Part shown: piece by piece, positions 33,301 to 43,526 of the stretch | Numbering within the stretch: the stretch's first letter is position 1 | Layout of the letters: every line of letters begins with the position of its first letter | NCBI GenBank assembly: GCA_022791675.1 | Contig: JAAVZN010000030.1 | Span: 1-59,142, forward strand | Source: Clostridia bacterium | GTDB lineage: Bacteria > Bacillota > Clostridia > TANB77 > CAG-508 | Direction of reading: 5' to 3' | DNA: 59,142 nt | The notes under the pieces: model-generated | Database searches by the model: none | The model's input: the letters and a program-made list of their open reading frames with translations, nothing else | What the model was told of the DNA's origin: nothing | Program-made: the position numbers and the translations under genes

Positions 33301-34793
33301 TGAATATCTGCTATAATTGCAATTTGAATTCCTTGATTTAAGTTCTTTGAATAGTTTTTTTGTTCTCCCTCTAATGCAATTCTTACCATTTTTCTATTTT
33401 CTTCTTCTTTGATTCCTGCTTCTTTAATAATCAATTCTTCTTCTAAATTTAATTGCGTTATATTTTTTATGTCAATTTTCAATTCCTCAGGAAAAACCAT
33501 TTCTATTTTTGGATTTTTATATAAATCATATTCATTGGAGTTGCTTTGTAAGGTTACTAAAATTTGTACATTTTCATTCTTCTGCAATGCTGATAAATCA
33601 TTTTTATCCATACTTACTTTGATTTCTGATTTTGTTTCTTGTAACTTCATTTCCATATTGGTAACACTTCCATTTAGTCTTATGTTACTTTCTAAACATT
33701 CTATTTTTTCAATTTCTTGCTTCTCATATCCGATTTGACTTTTGATTGCTTTTTGGTTGTAAACTTTGATTTCTCCCAAACTTACTGGATTTGTCATCAT
33801 TATTTTTAGGTCTTTTATTTCTTTGTCTTGATAGCAAATTACAATATTTCCATTTTCATCTTCTTGTGTCTCTTTCGTAATTTCTTGTATTAATTCGTCT
33901 TGTGCATTTTGTAAAATAATTCTTCCTTCTTCTCCTAATATTCTTAAGTATTCTTCTTTGTTGATTATCGTTTGTTTATAATAAGTACTTTGATTGGTAT
34001 GTCTTTCTATTTTTTCTTCTCCTATCCAATAAGTATAAACTTCTTTTTCTTTTATTAGATTCATTCCTTCTAAATTTTGTGTACTTGATACTTCGATTTT
34101 GTAACTTTCTTCATATTCTGTTTCATTTTCTCTTGCTTCGTACAAATATCCTTTATATACTTCTTTTGTCATTTCTCCTTGTATTGATATTTTTTCTCCC
34201 ACTGGACTTATGATCATTGTTTTTTCATCTTGGGACTCAATTTCTTCTGTCTTTTCAAATTTAACATTGGCTTTGGTTATCAGTTGTACCTCTGCTTCTA
34301 TTGCGGTTTGTTCTAAATAAGTATAAATTATTTTATAGGTATCTATCTTATTGGTTGTTTCGATCTTTATTTCCTTATTTTCATTGTCATATTGATAATG
34401 TGATTTTTCCAATAACTTTCCATCTGCTAAAATGGCTATTCTTTCTGGTTCTTTTCCTTGAAGATTTGGAACTTTCACTTGTAATCTTTCTTTTTCTCTT
34501 TGTTTTTCTTGATGATTTGTACTGATCTCAATTTTTTGTTGTAATAATACTTGATTGTCTTCTAATTCTAAGTATTTTTCAATACATTGTTCGATCCCCA
34601 TTGTAATTGGTTCTTCTGCTTCCATATTATAATTTTGTTGTTTCCCCATAATTTCAATTGCTGTTGAAACAATTTCTCCCTTTCCAAGCACAACGATTGA
34701 TATGCTGATCAAAAGGATCACCAACACTACAACTTGTCCCATTTTCCCTTTCTTCATTATTTGAACCTCCTTGTTTTTATCCATTTTTATCAT
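30364..34793 (-). CDS. Adhesin locus B, proximal protein (about 1475 aa): DUF11/SdrD-B repeats with SIKTG anchor; three frames joined at two 0-frame CGG codons
   Basis: ORFs 32019-34793, 30755-32026 and 30364-30747 join as ...ATPEEL|GMSEQETYQY... and ...AIQNQGEVA|GYVNEIMDILPEGVYF... It has an N-terminal signal anchor, the SdrD-B motif YSISGRAWIDTNENGKQDSGEMGISDIPVFLIN, and a C-terminal SIKTG plus TM plus KKKVLQKEVEK. Confidence 0.8.
30764..30766 (-). other. 0-frame CGG at an adhesin locus B frame break (GCA CGG ATA; +1 frame GGA TAT GTT)
   Basis: Minus strand reads gaa gta gca cgg ata tgt taa. The +1 reading restores the DUF11 motif GEVA-GYVNEIMDILPEG, parallel to GELPSTVGKVIDYLPEG in the unbroken paralog. 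Confidence 0.85.
32028..32030 (-). other. 0-frame CGG at an adhesin locus B frame break (CTA CGG AAT; +1 frame GGA ATG AGT)
   Basis: Minus strand reads gaa gaa cta cgg aat gag tga. The +1 frame continues with GMSEQETYQYLEYKDD... Confidence 0.8.
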
Positions 34794-35099
34794 AATTCAA
34801 AATGTAAACTTAATATAATATGTCTGTTTTATTATATCTCTTACTAATTTCTTGTAAATAGCTTTATTTTTTTCTCCTTTTTGCTGATTCTTTTCTTCTT
34901 TAGGGCTCCTCATTTTTACTTCTTTTGTTTGTTTTATTAAATTTTGTTTACATTTTCGTAATATTTGTCATAAAAAGTTCTTTTTATCGTTCACAAAAAC
35001 TACACCTTCCTTATATCCGTATATTTCTTTCTTATCTCCTTGCTTTTTTCAGCCACACATAGTAGAATGAGGAAGAATGAATTGATAAAATTTTAAGCT

Positions 35100-35500
35100 G
35101 AACTTCAAAAATGGTATAGTAGATATACCATTGGTAATACAGAAGGAATTTATAATCCTTGGCGTATTTTAAATTTTCTAACCGATCGAAAGTTAATTCC
35201 TTATTAGGTGAATACCAGCTCAAACGATCTCATTATATTAATTTAAAAAAATTCTAGTAAAAGAAATGTTTAGCTACATGGACGTAAGAGAAAATACAGC
35301 TGAAAATTTTTATCACGCTTTTGTGCTTTGGCATGTTGGTTGATTTAAAAGATACCTACTATGTCAATTCTAACTGTGAATCAGGAATGGGCAGATATGA
35401 TATTATGTTAGAACCAAAAGATAAAAATGCTAATCATTTTATTTTTGAATTTAAAGTACATAAACCAAAAAAACAAATAAAAACAGGCAATTCTAAAATA
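35100..35500 (+). pseudogene. Decayed remnant of an AAA-ATPase-like/PDDEXK_9 (DUF1703-type) gene
   Basis: ELQKWYSRYTIGNTEGIYNPWRILNFLTDRKLIPY*VNTSSNDLI carries TAG where the family has Trp. NFYHAFVL then shifts frame in a T-run to GMLVDLKDTYYVNSNCESGMGRYDIMLEPKDKNANHFIFEFKV. Both N- and C-termini are missing. Confidence 0.7.
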
Positions 35501-35515
35501 TTTGCCTGTTTCTAT

Positions 35516-37366
35516 TTATATTTCTATCAAATTAAACTCTAAGTTTAATTCTTCCAAAATTTGTTTTTCTTTATTGGTACAAGTAAGTATTATAATTTGA
35601 TGATTTTTAAATCGTTTTGTCATATATTCTAAAAAACTTTTTAATCTTTCTTTATCATAATAAGCAAATGCTTCATCTAAAATAATTGGCATTTTCTCTT
35701 CTGACAATTCTTCCACCATTGCTAGTCTTAAAGAAAGATACAATTGATCCATTGTTCCTATACTCAAACGAGAAACTGGTACATAATTTCCGTTTTGTAA
35801 AGCAACCATCAAACCAGTGTCATCGTTTAATCTAATTTTTTCGTATCGACCTTGTGTAATTTGAGCGATTGCTTCAGACAATTTATCTGTAAACTTAGGG
35901 GTAACTGTACTTTTCATTTGCTCATAAGAAGTTTCCAAGACTTGTTTTGCCAAATTCATACTTTTTTCTAATGTTTTCAAGTTTACCATTTTTTCTTTAT
36001 AGTCAACCATTTTTTCCTCTATCTTCGATAAATTTTCTAATTGTGGTTCTATATTTTTGTAATCCAATTGCAAAGTATGTAGCTCTACTTTTTTATTATT
36101 TATTTTATTTTCTAAATTTATGATCTCTAAATTTATTTTTTCTAAATTATTTATTTTATTTTTTTCTATTTTATTTTTATTTATTTCTTTTTCCAATTCA
36201 TTATTATTTTTTTCCAATAAATCAATTTCAAAATTTAATTGTTTGATTTCGGTATTTACTTTTTCTAAATGATTTCTTATTTTATTTTCACGATTATTTA
36301 TTTTATTTTTAAAAAATAAGTAAAAAATCAAAACGATTGGTACTGTAAGTATAAAAATATAATTCAAAATTCGATTTTGGATAAAAATAAATTGTAAAAT
36401 ATGAATAAAAATAATAAACAAAAATATAATTAATATTTTTTTATTAAAATTATTTTTTTCTAAATTTATTTTTTTATTTTTCTCAAATAAATTTTTATTT
36501 TCTAAATTTATTTCATTTATTTTATTTTTTATGGAATTTATTTTTTTATTATTTTCATTTTTTAAATTTATTTTTAAATTTATTTTTTCATTTTCAATTT
36601 TTTCATTTTCTTCCTTTAATTTTTTTTCTTTTAAAATTATATTTTCATTTTCTAGCTCTTTCATTTCTTGTTCTAATTGGCCTATATTTTTCTCTATTTC
36701 ATATTTTATGTCTACACTTTTTTCCAATCTTTCTTTTTCTAGTTCTAGTTCTTCGATTTTTTTACCTACTACATTAATCGGTTTCTCCCTAGTTCTTTCG
36801 GTTCCTATCTCTTCTAAAAGACGTCTATTAATTCGTTCTAATGCTCTTTTATAGGATACATTATCATCACCTGTTCCAACTAAATTTGCAACCTTTTGTA
36901 TTAATACATTTTGCTCTTGTTTTTCTAATTTTACTTGTTCTTGTTGAATTAAAATTGTTGATAAAAATAATGCTTCATCTACCTTCGTTTGTTCATAAAA
37001 AAATTCATTTCCTTTATTTTTATCAATATTAAATTCTTTCGATATTTCTTCCATTTTTTCATTATATATTTTGGGATTTTTCTTTTTAAAATCTCGAAAT
37101 ATTTCAAATTTTTCTTTTGAGTCTAATTCATATTCTATTTTTCCAGAAAACTCCTCTCCTGACCAAGGTGTATATTTTTCAAAGTCTGATATTTCTTTTC
37201 CATTTTTATTTTTAGAAATACCATAAAATGAATTTACTATAAAATTTAATAAAGTAGATTTTCCTGACTCATTTTTTCCATAAATAATATTAATATGTTC
37301 TTTTAAGTCAATTTCTTTTTCTTTTAATTTACCATATCCATTTATTTTTAATTGATTAATTTTCAA
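35516..37366 (-). CDS. yhaN: YhaN/SbcC-like AAA ATPase with Asn/Lys-rich coiled coil and a central TM hairpin
   Basis: TTG start with AAGGAGG 7 nt upstream: (M)KINQLKINGYGKLKEKEIDLKEHINIIYGKNESGKSTLLNFI (Walker A). The C-terminus has LSIGTMDQLYLSLRLAM (signature) and PIILDEAF (Walker B). Hydrophobic pair ILIIFLFIIFIHILQFIFI / IFILTVPIVLIFYLFF. Confidence 0.75.
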   Translation of the reverse strand: MKINQLKINGYGKLKEKEIDLKEHINIIYGKNESGKSTLLNFIVNSFYGISKNKNGKEISDFEKYTPWSGEEFSGKIEYELDSKEKFEIFRDFKKKNPKIYNEKMEEISKEFNIDKNKGNEFFYEQTKVDEALFLSTILIQQEQVKLEKQEQNVLIQKVANLVGTGDDNVSYKRALERINRRLLEEIGTERTREKPINVVGKKIEELELEKERLEKSVDIKYEIEKNIGQLEQEMKELENENIILKEKKLKEENEKIENEKINLKINLKNENNKKINSIKNKINEINLENKNLFEKNKKINLEKNNFNKKILIIFLFIIFIHILQFIFIQNRILNYIFILTVPIVLIFYLFFKNKINNRENKIRNHLEKVNTEIKQLNFEIDLLEKNNNELEKEINKNKIEKNKINNLEKINLEIINLENKINNKKVELHTLQLDYKNIEPQLENLSKIEEKMVDYKEKMVNLKTLEKSMNLAKQVLETSYEQMKSTVTPKFTDKLSEAIAQITQGRYEKIRLNDDTGLMVALQNGNYVPVSRLSIGTMDQLYLSLRLAMVEELSEEKMPIILDEAFAYYDKERLKSFLEYMTKRFKNHQIIILTCTNKEKQILEELNLEFNLIEI

Positions 37367-37385
37367 ATTTATGCCTCCTTTTCTT

Positions 37386-38463
37386 TTATGATAATGCATC
37401 TAATCCAATTTCGATTGATTTTTCGATGATTTCTTTTTCTTCTTGTGTCATTTCTTCTTTTTTTAATTTTTCTAACATTTCTTTTATAAACAATCCTTTT
37501 AGTGTATGTTCATTTGCTAATTTTTCTAAATTCTCTGCTATTTTGGTCTGATTCTTTATTTTTATAATTCTATCATTTTCTATAAATTTTAATAAATCAT
37601 ATTGATTCATTTCAAAATTTCTTTTTCCTTTTAAAATGATTTTTATATATTCATTGTTTTGAACTTCTAACTGATTGATGGTTTCGATTAATTCTTCTTT
37701 TGATAAAATCTCTGTTATCTCTATTTCTTTTTCTTTAAATTCTTCATCATCTAGCGGTACAAATTCTAATTGTAAATCTCCTTTTTTTTCTATTTCTCCT
37801 ACGATCATACCATGTTTACCTAATTCATCAAATCCTAAGGAAACAGTTGATCCTGGATATACTATATTCGTTTGGTAATCTGGTTTATGAATATGTCCGC
37901 ATAGCTACATAGTCAAATTGCTTTTCTTGCAATTGCTTTTTGGTAATTGAATTGTATTGTTTTTCTTCGATGGAAGCTCCATCTATCGTTCCATGGATTA
38001 CAAGTAAATTGATTTTTGTTTGATCCTTGATTTGAAATTCTTCTATTCCACAGTTTGTACAATAAAAATCATCAAATCCATAACCATAAATATCTATTTT
38101 TTCTTCTTCTATTCTTTCTATTTTGCTTTTGAATATGGTTACATTGGAACTCCAATTAAACTGATTATAATAGGAATTTTTTATGTATGGATCATGATTT
38201 CCTGGACTAATATATATTTTCGTATTAGGAATTTCTTCGAACAGATGATTCATGTACTCAATGGTCGATAATTTAACATATTTATTTTCATACAAATCAC
38301 CAGATATGAATAAATATTCTATCTTATTTTCTTTGGCATATTCAATTACTTTTTTCAATACTTTTCGTTGTTGCATTCTTCTTAAGTCTCCTAAAATGTC
38401 TTTGTCTGATAAGTTGACAAACGGACAATCCAAATGCATGTCTGCTATGTGTATAAATTTCAT
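37386..38463 (-). CDS. yhaO: YhaO/SbcD-like metallophosphoesterase, two frames joined at a 0-frame CGG
   Basis: MKFIHIADMHLD..., FISGDLYE, SPGNHDP, LLVIHGT...FDYVAM|GHIHKPDYQTNIVYPGSTVSLGFDELGKHGMIVGEIEKKG... The join restores the GHxH phosphoesterase motif. Confidence 0.8.
37897..37899 (-). other. 0-frame CGG at the yhaO-like frame break (ATG CGG ACA; +1 frame GGA CAT ATT)
   Basis: Minus strand reads gta gct atg cgg aca tat tca taa. Skipping the C gives VAM-GHIHKP. Confidence 0.9.
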
Positions 38464-38595
38464 CTTTTTCTATCCTTTCTTACGGCTCTTTGATTTTCTT
38501 ATGTCATTTTACTATATTTTTTTTCTTTTTGCAATGTTTTTACGAAACTTTTTTCGCTTTCTTTTTTTAGCATACTCTTTTTTTCCAATACAATA

Positions 38596-38622
38596 AAAAT
38601 ACCAGATCTTTTCTGGTATTTT
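38596..38622 (-). terminator. Hairpin after the coupling-protein gene
   Basis: AAAATACCAGA tcttt TCTGGTATTTT forms an 11-bp stem, 7 nt after the stop at 38629. Confidence 0.55.
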
Positions 38623-38628
38623 ACTAGT

Positions 38629-40657
38629 TTATTCATCTAATGGTCCAAATAATTCATCAAATTTAGCTTCTAATTCTTTTTGTAAATCATAAACCTCTTC
38701 TTCATTTTCTTGTGGTAAAAAAGGTGCTTCTTCCTTAAAATCTTCTAAATCTAAAACTGGTTTTGTCTCTTGCTTTGATTCTTTCATTTCTGGTACAGAA
38801 GTCACATGACTTCCAACTGTTACTTCTTCTTTTTTTGGCTCTGAAATGTCATCAAATAAGTCATCTAAAGATTCTACTTTCAAATTATCAATTGCTTTTT
38901 CGTCTTTTTCTTCTACATAAGGATTATATGGATTATATTTTCTCCAGATTCCTCTGTCTTTTTCTCCAATATCATTATGACTAATTTCTAGTGATGCCAT
39001 TTTCTTTGCCATAGAATGTTTAAAATAATAGAATTTTTGAGCTTTGACTGGTTTTATTCCTTTTTCATAAATAATACATAGATCATTGTCCATTCTACGT
39101 AATTCATCAGGTGTCATTAAAGCTCTTGCCATGACTTGATCAGATACAGATTTCCCTGTTTTCCAGTTTTGTCTATCTCGATTGACTGATATACTATCTC
39201 TTTCAATTGTTTTTTCTCCCAATGCTTTTGAAAAATATTCTACTGTTTTATAGGAGTTACTTCCTAAAAATACGTGTGTATCACAGTTACCCATTATTGT
39301 TTCATAAGATTTTTCATAAACGGCTTCTAATTGGTCGATATTTTGTAGAATTACACTAAATGATATCTTTCTACTTCTTGATGTTGATATTTTTTTGTCA
39401 AAGTCTGGTATTTTTCCAATATTGGCAAACTCATCTAGAATAAAGAAAGTTTGCTCTTTTAATTGTCCTCCATTTTTATCTGCATGGTCATATAATTGTT
39501 GAATCATCTGAGCAAAAAATATGGTCAACAAGAAATCATACGCTGTATGGGTATCAGATGATATAACATAAACGGCTGTTTTTTTATTCCCAATTTCTTC
39601 GAAATCTATGGTATCTGTTGAAGTTAATTCTGCAATTTCTTTTGAGTCAAATTTACCCAATTTTGATTGCAAAGAACTTAAAATTGAACCATAAGTTTTC
39701 TCTGGTGCTATTTCGATTGATTTATAATACATTCTAGCTGGGTGATCGTAAGGTAATTGGCTAATTAGTTCTGTTAATAAGTTGCTTCCACCTTTGTTAT
39801 TAGCTGCCCTAACAAGTTCTGCACAGCTAGCTAAGTTTTGCTCTTCTTCTGGTCTAGTGGCAATCAGATAATAAATTAAAGCTTTTAATAACATTTCTGC
39901 CATATCGTCCCAATAAGGATCCGATCCACCAGATTCTGATTTTTGTCCTTTAATGACTGTATTAGCAATTACGTCAACATCTAATTCTGATGATATGTGC
40001 ATCAATGGATTATATCCATCACTATATTGTGGTCTTACTAAATTTAATACTTTGATTTCATATCCTTGTTGTTTTAAATATCCTGCTGTTCGATCATATA
40101 ATTCTCCTTTTGGATCCGTAAAAACGTAAGAGCCTAAACATTGAAAGGCATTGGGAATGGAATAAGATGCTGATTTACCAGAACCTGATCCGTCCAACTA
40201 CTAACACATTTACATTTCCTCGTTTATCAACTGGTAAAAAGTTATCTTCTGCTAGTATAATTCCTTTGTTTCTACTTAAAATTTGATATTGTTCTCCTCT
40301 TTGACTCCAATCACTTGAGCCATGTTCAATATCAGAAAATTCATTTTTGGGTGCACTTCTAACAAATCCAATAAAGAAAAATACAGAATAAATTATGGTA
40401 ACAACTAATAAGGTTGAAAAATAAGTTCCGCCCGCTCCTTGTGAGAATACATTTCCTAATGTTTCCAATGGTTTTCCAATGGTTTCTCCAAAGGTCTTAA
40501 AAAATACTGCTAAGTTCATTTTTCCATCTAGTCCTGCTAAATGGGAACTATAAGCAAATGGCGAAACAAATACTATGGCTATAAATATCCATAGTATAGC
40601 AAATATAATAAAATTTTTTCGATTTCTTCGAATTGCTCCTTCTATTTTGTAGTTCAT
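38629..40657 (-). CDS. Type IV secretion coupling protein (VirD4/TraG family), two frames joined at a 0-frame CGG inside Walker A
   Basis: Two N-terminal TM segments, then ...KRGNVNVLVVG|GSGSGKSASYSIPNAFQCLGSYVFTDPKGELY..., FILDEFANIG (Walker B region) and an acidic C-terminal tail. Combined length 675 aa. Confidence 0.8.
40190..40192 (-). other. 0-frame CGG at the T4CP frame break (GGA CGG ATC; +1 frame GGA TCA GGT)
   Basis: Minus strand reads gta gtt gga cgg atc agg ttc tgg taa. Skipping the C gives VVG-GSGSGKS. Confidence 0.9.
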
Positions 40658-40683
40658 TTTATCACCTACTCTTTTGTGTTATT

Positions 40684-40839
40684 CTAACGTCCCATTTCTT
40701 CACTTTTTGAATCTTCTTTACGATCTTTCTTGATGATAGTATCTTCTGCTTTTATTAGTAAATAATCTTTTTCTAATTCTTCTTTTTTTAGGCACGCATA
40801 TTTAAAAACATTTTTGGTTGGCCATTCTAAATTTCCCAT
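40684..40839 (-). CDS. Unannotated 51-aa ORF immediately upstream of the T4CP gene
   Basis: AAGGAGGAAAAGAA ATG; MGNLEWPTKNVFKYACLKKEELEKDYLLIKAEDTIIKKDRKEDSKSEEMGR*. It falls below the length cut-off of the ORF track. Confidence 0.35.
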   Translation of the reverse strand: MGNLEWPTKNVFKYACLKKEELEKDYLLIKAEDTIIKKDRKEDSKSEEMGR

Positions 40840-40855
40840 TTCTTTTCCTCCTTGA

Positions 40856-41416
40856 TTAATCTGTAATTCTAGGGGTTCCCCCTACCAAATTAATTCGTCC
40901 ATCTTCTTCTCTTATTTCAAATACAAAATAAGATTTGTATGGCGCTAATTTACATTTTCCTTTGACTTCATTTGTTTTTTCATCAAAATAAAGCGTTGGC
41001 TTTATCTCTTCTGCGGTTTCTGGGTCTATGATTGATATGGGTCTTTTTAAATTTGGTGTGTAATTAACATCTTTATATTCCCTTTTTTCTTCTGCGTAAA
41101 TTGTTTGAAACTTATAAGGCATTGGTTTCTTAGATATTTTAACTTTGTCGTCATCTAAAATTCCATTGTTAATTACTACTTTATCTTCTCCAAATGATAA
41201 GATAACAAGTTGATTTCCTTCTTTTTTTGGTTTGTCCACATAAAATGTCTTTCTCGTTAATTTTCCTACCAATTCTTCGGTATATTCTAATCTTTCTACT
41301 GTATGCTTTGGTGAATCTTCTAAATATTCTTTTTCGGTTTCGTTTATTTCATAGATTACTGTTTTGACTCCTTCTGGATCTGTTATACTAAAGTGTTTTC
41401 CTTGTATGGTATCCAT
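40856..41416 (-). CDS. Hypothetical 186-aa protein
   Basis: Start at MDTIQGKHFSITDPEG with GGGGGA 6 nt upstream. I recognise no family. Confidence 0.5.
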   Translation of the reverse strand: MDTIQGKHFSITDPEGVKTVIYEINETEKEYLEDSPKHTVERLEYTEELVGKLTRKTFYVDKPKKEGNQLVILSFGEDKVVINNGILDDDKVKISKKPMPYKFQTIYAEEKREYKDVNYTPNLKRPISIIDPETAEEIKPTLYFDEKTNEVKGKCKLAPYKSYFVFEIREEDGRINLVGGTPRITD

Positions 41417-41516
41417 TTTTATTCCCCCATTTCTATGTTTCTTAATCCATAGTTTTTCTTTTGTTACAACACTATAATTAATTATAGCGAATTTACAGCG
41501 TTTTGTCAACATTTTT

Positions 41517-42404
41517 TTATGTAAATTTTTCAATTCTTGGATTAAAATTTGATATTTTATTCAATTTTTCAAATATTACTTTTTCTTGCTCACTCAATTG
41601 CTTTGGCACTGCTATTTTAATTTCTGCTATTAGGTCTCCTCTTGTTCCTTCACTATCTTGATATCCTTTTCCTGGAATTTTGATTCTTTCTCCACTTTGA
41701 ATTCCTTGTGGTATATATATTTTAGTCTCTTCATCGATGGATTTTACATTCACTCTAGCACCTAATACTGCTTCCCAAGGTGTTAACAATAAATCGGTAT
41801 ATAAATCACAACCTTTTAGCTTAAATGGTTTACTATCTTCTATGTTAATTTTAATCAGTAAATCTCCATTTTTCCCACCATTCTCTCCTTGCTTTCCTTG
41901 TCCAATTAGGCGAATTTTTTCTCCATTACGAATTCCTTTTGGTATGGTAACTGCAATATTTTTTATTTTTCCTTCTACTGTTCGCAAAGAAATGTTTTTT
42001 TCTTTTCCATAAAATGCCTCTTGTACACTTATGTTAATTTCTGTTTCTATGTTTTCTCCTCTTATAACACTTCTCTTTGTTCCTACTTGTCCTTCTTTTC
42101 CCTCTTCTACATTTCCTAAAAACATATTAATGATACTTCCTTTTTCACCTTTTCCAGAAAATGCTTTTTCATTTTTTCCAAAATGTGAATTCCAAGTTCG
42201 ATCGTATTTTCTCTTTGATGCTGGAACGGATAATACTTTATAGGCTTCATTTATGTCTTTGATTTTTTCTTCTGCCAATTCATCTCCTAGATTTACATCT
42301 GGGTGATATTTTTTAGCAGCTAGTCGATAAGCAACTTTTATTTCATCAATTGTAACATGACTTGTATCTAAGTCTAATATTTTATAATAATTTTTTAATA
42401 TCAT
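41517..42404 (-). CDS. J-domain co-chaperone, CbpA-like (J domain plus DnaJ C-terminal domains, no zinc finger)
   Basis: Start at MILKNYYKILDLDTSHVTIDEIKVAYRLAAKKYHPDVN (HPD motif) with GGAGGA 8 nt upstream. The C-terminus has GKQGENGGKNGDLLIKINI...GTRGDLIAEIKIAVPKQLSEQEK. Confidence 0.8.
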   Translation of the reverse strand: MILKNYYKILDLDTSHVTIDEIKVAYRLAAKKYHPDVNLGDELAEEKIKDINEAYKVLSVPASKRKYDRTWNSHFGKNEKAFSGKGEKGSIINMFLGNVEEGKEGQVGTKRSVIRGENIETEINISVQEAFYGKEKNISLRTVEGKIKNIAVTIPKGIRNGEKIRLIGQGKQGENGGKNGDLLIKINIEDSKPFKLKGCDLYTDLLLTPWEAVLGARVNVKSIDEETKIYIPQGIQSGERIKIPGKGYQDSEGTRGDLIAEIKIAVPKQLSEQEKVIFEKLNKISNFNPRIEKFT

Positions 42405-42470
42405 TTTTAACATCCTCCCCAATAATAGGTATGCTTATTATATCACATATCCAAAAAAAATCCATAGTTT

Positions 42471-43526
42471 TTATGGATTTTCTTTGCTTAATTCAATTAC
42501 TTTACTCAATAGTTCTGGATAGCTTATTCCACTTGCTTCGAAAAGTTTGGGATACATGCTAATATTGGTAAATCCTGGCAAAGTATTAATTTCGTTGATA
42601 TAAATCTGATTGGTTTCCTTTTCAATAAAAAAGTCAACTCTTGCTAATCCTTTTCCATCAATTGCTTTAAAAGCTTTGATTGCTTGTTTTCTAATTTCAT
42701 TTGATAAAGCATCTGAAATATCAGCTGGAATTTCTGTTCTCGATTTCTCATTTTTATATTTAGCGTCATAACTATAAAATTCTTCTGCTGATTTTACTTC
42801 TCCTATACAAGAAGCAATGACCTCTTCATTTCCAAGTACAGAACATTCCACTTCTCTGCCTTTAATTGCTTCTTCAATTAAAATTTTATGGTCAAATTGA
42901 CTTGCATATTCTATGAAATTTTTTAAATCTTCTTCATTTTTTGCTTGATTAATTCCTACACTAGAACCAGAATTAGAAGGTTTTACAAACATTGGAAACG
43001 TTAGATTTTTTATGATTTTTTGTGTTACCTCATTCAAATTTAATACCGTTTCATTGAAATAGTTGTCTACATAAATGTATTTGTTTTTGTATTTTCGTAT
43101 GGATTCATATTTCGCTTGTTTTAATCCTGCTCGATGAAAAATAATTTTTGTATAAACTTTATCCATTCCTACACTAGAAGCTAACACTTTGCACCCTATA
43201 TATGGTTTTTTTACCAATTCAAATAATCCTTGTATGGTTCCATCTTCTCCATATAATCCATGTAAAACAGGAAATAAAACATCTAATTTTTGTAAATAAT
43301 CTATTACATTTTCTATTTCTTTTTTTGTCTCTATTTCTTGACCAAATTGATACTCTTCTTGTTTTTCTAAAACCTCATACCAAGTTCCATCTTTGGCAAT
43401 ATAAATAGGAAATACTTGATACTTTTCTCGATCCAAATTTTTTAAAATAGAATTAGCAGATGCTACAGATACTTCATTTTCTGTTGACATTCCACCAAAA
43501 ATAATTCCCAATTTCTCTTTTTTCAT
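42471..43526 (-). CDS. ddl: D-alanine--D-alanine ligase
   Basis: 351 aa with IIFGGMSTENEVSVASA, LFPVLHGLYGEDGTIQGLFEL, PSNSGSSVGI and the C-terminal EINTLPGFT. Confidence 0.9.
   Translation of the reverse strand: MKKEKLGIIFGGMSTENEVSVASANSILKNLDREKYQVFPIYIAKDGTWYEVLEKQEEYQFGQEIETKKEIENVIDYLQKLDVLFPVLHGLYGEDGTIQGLFELVKKPYIGCKVLASSVGMDKVYTKIIFHRAGLKQAKYESIRKYKNKYIYVDNYFNETVLNLNEVTQKIIKNLTFPMFVKPSNSGSSVGINQAKNEEDLKNFIEYASQFDHKILIEEAIKGREVECSVLGNEEVIASCIGEVKSAEEFYSYDAKYKNEKSRTEIPADISDALSNEIRKQAIKAFKAIDGKGLARVDFFIEKETNQIYINEINTLPGFTNISMYPKLFEASGISYPELLSKVIELSKENP

Noticed and set aside
36050-36700. Periodic AT-rich short repeats that might suggest a CRISPR array or satellite.
   Set aside because: The repeats are irregular and lie in one continuous reading frame, encoding the coiled coil of the YhaN-like ATPase. 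There is no repeat-spacer architecture.
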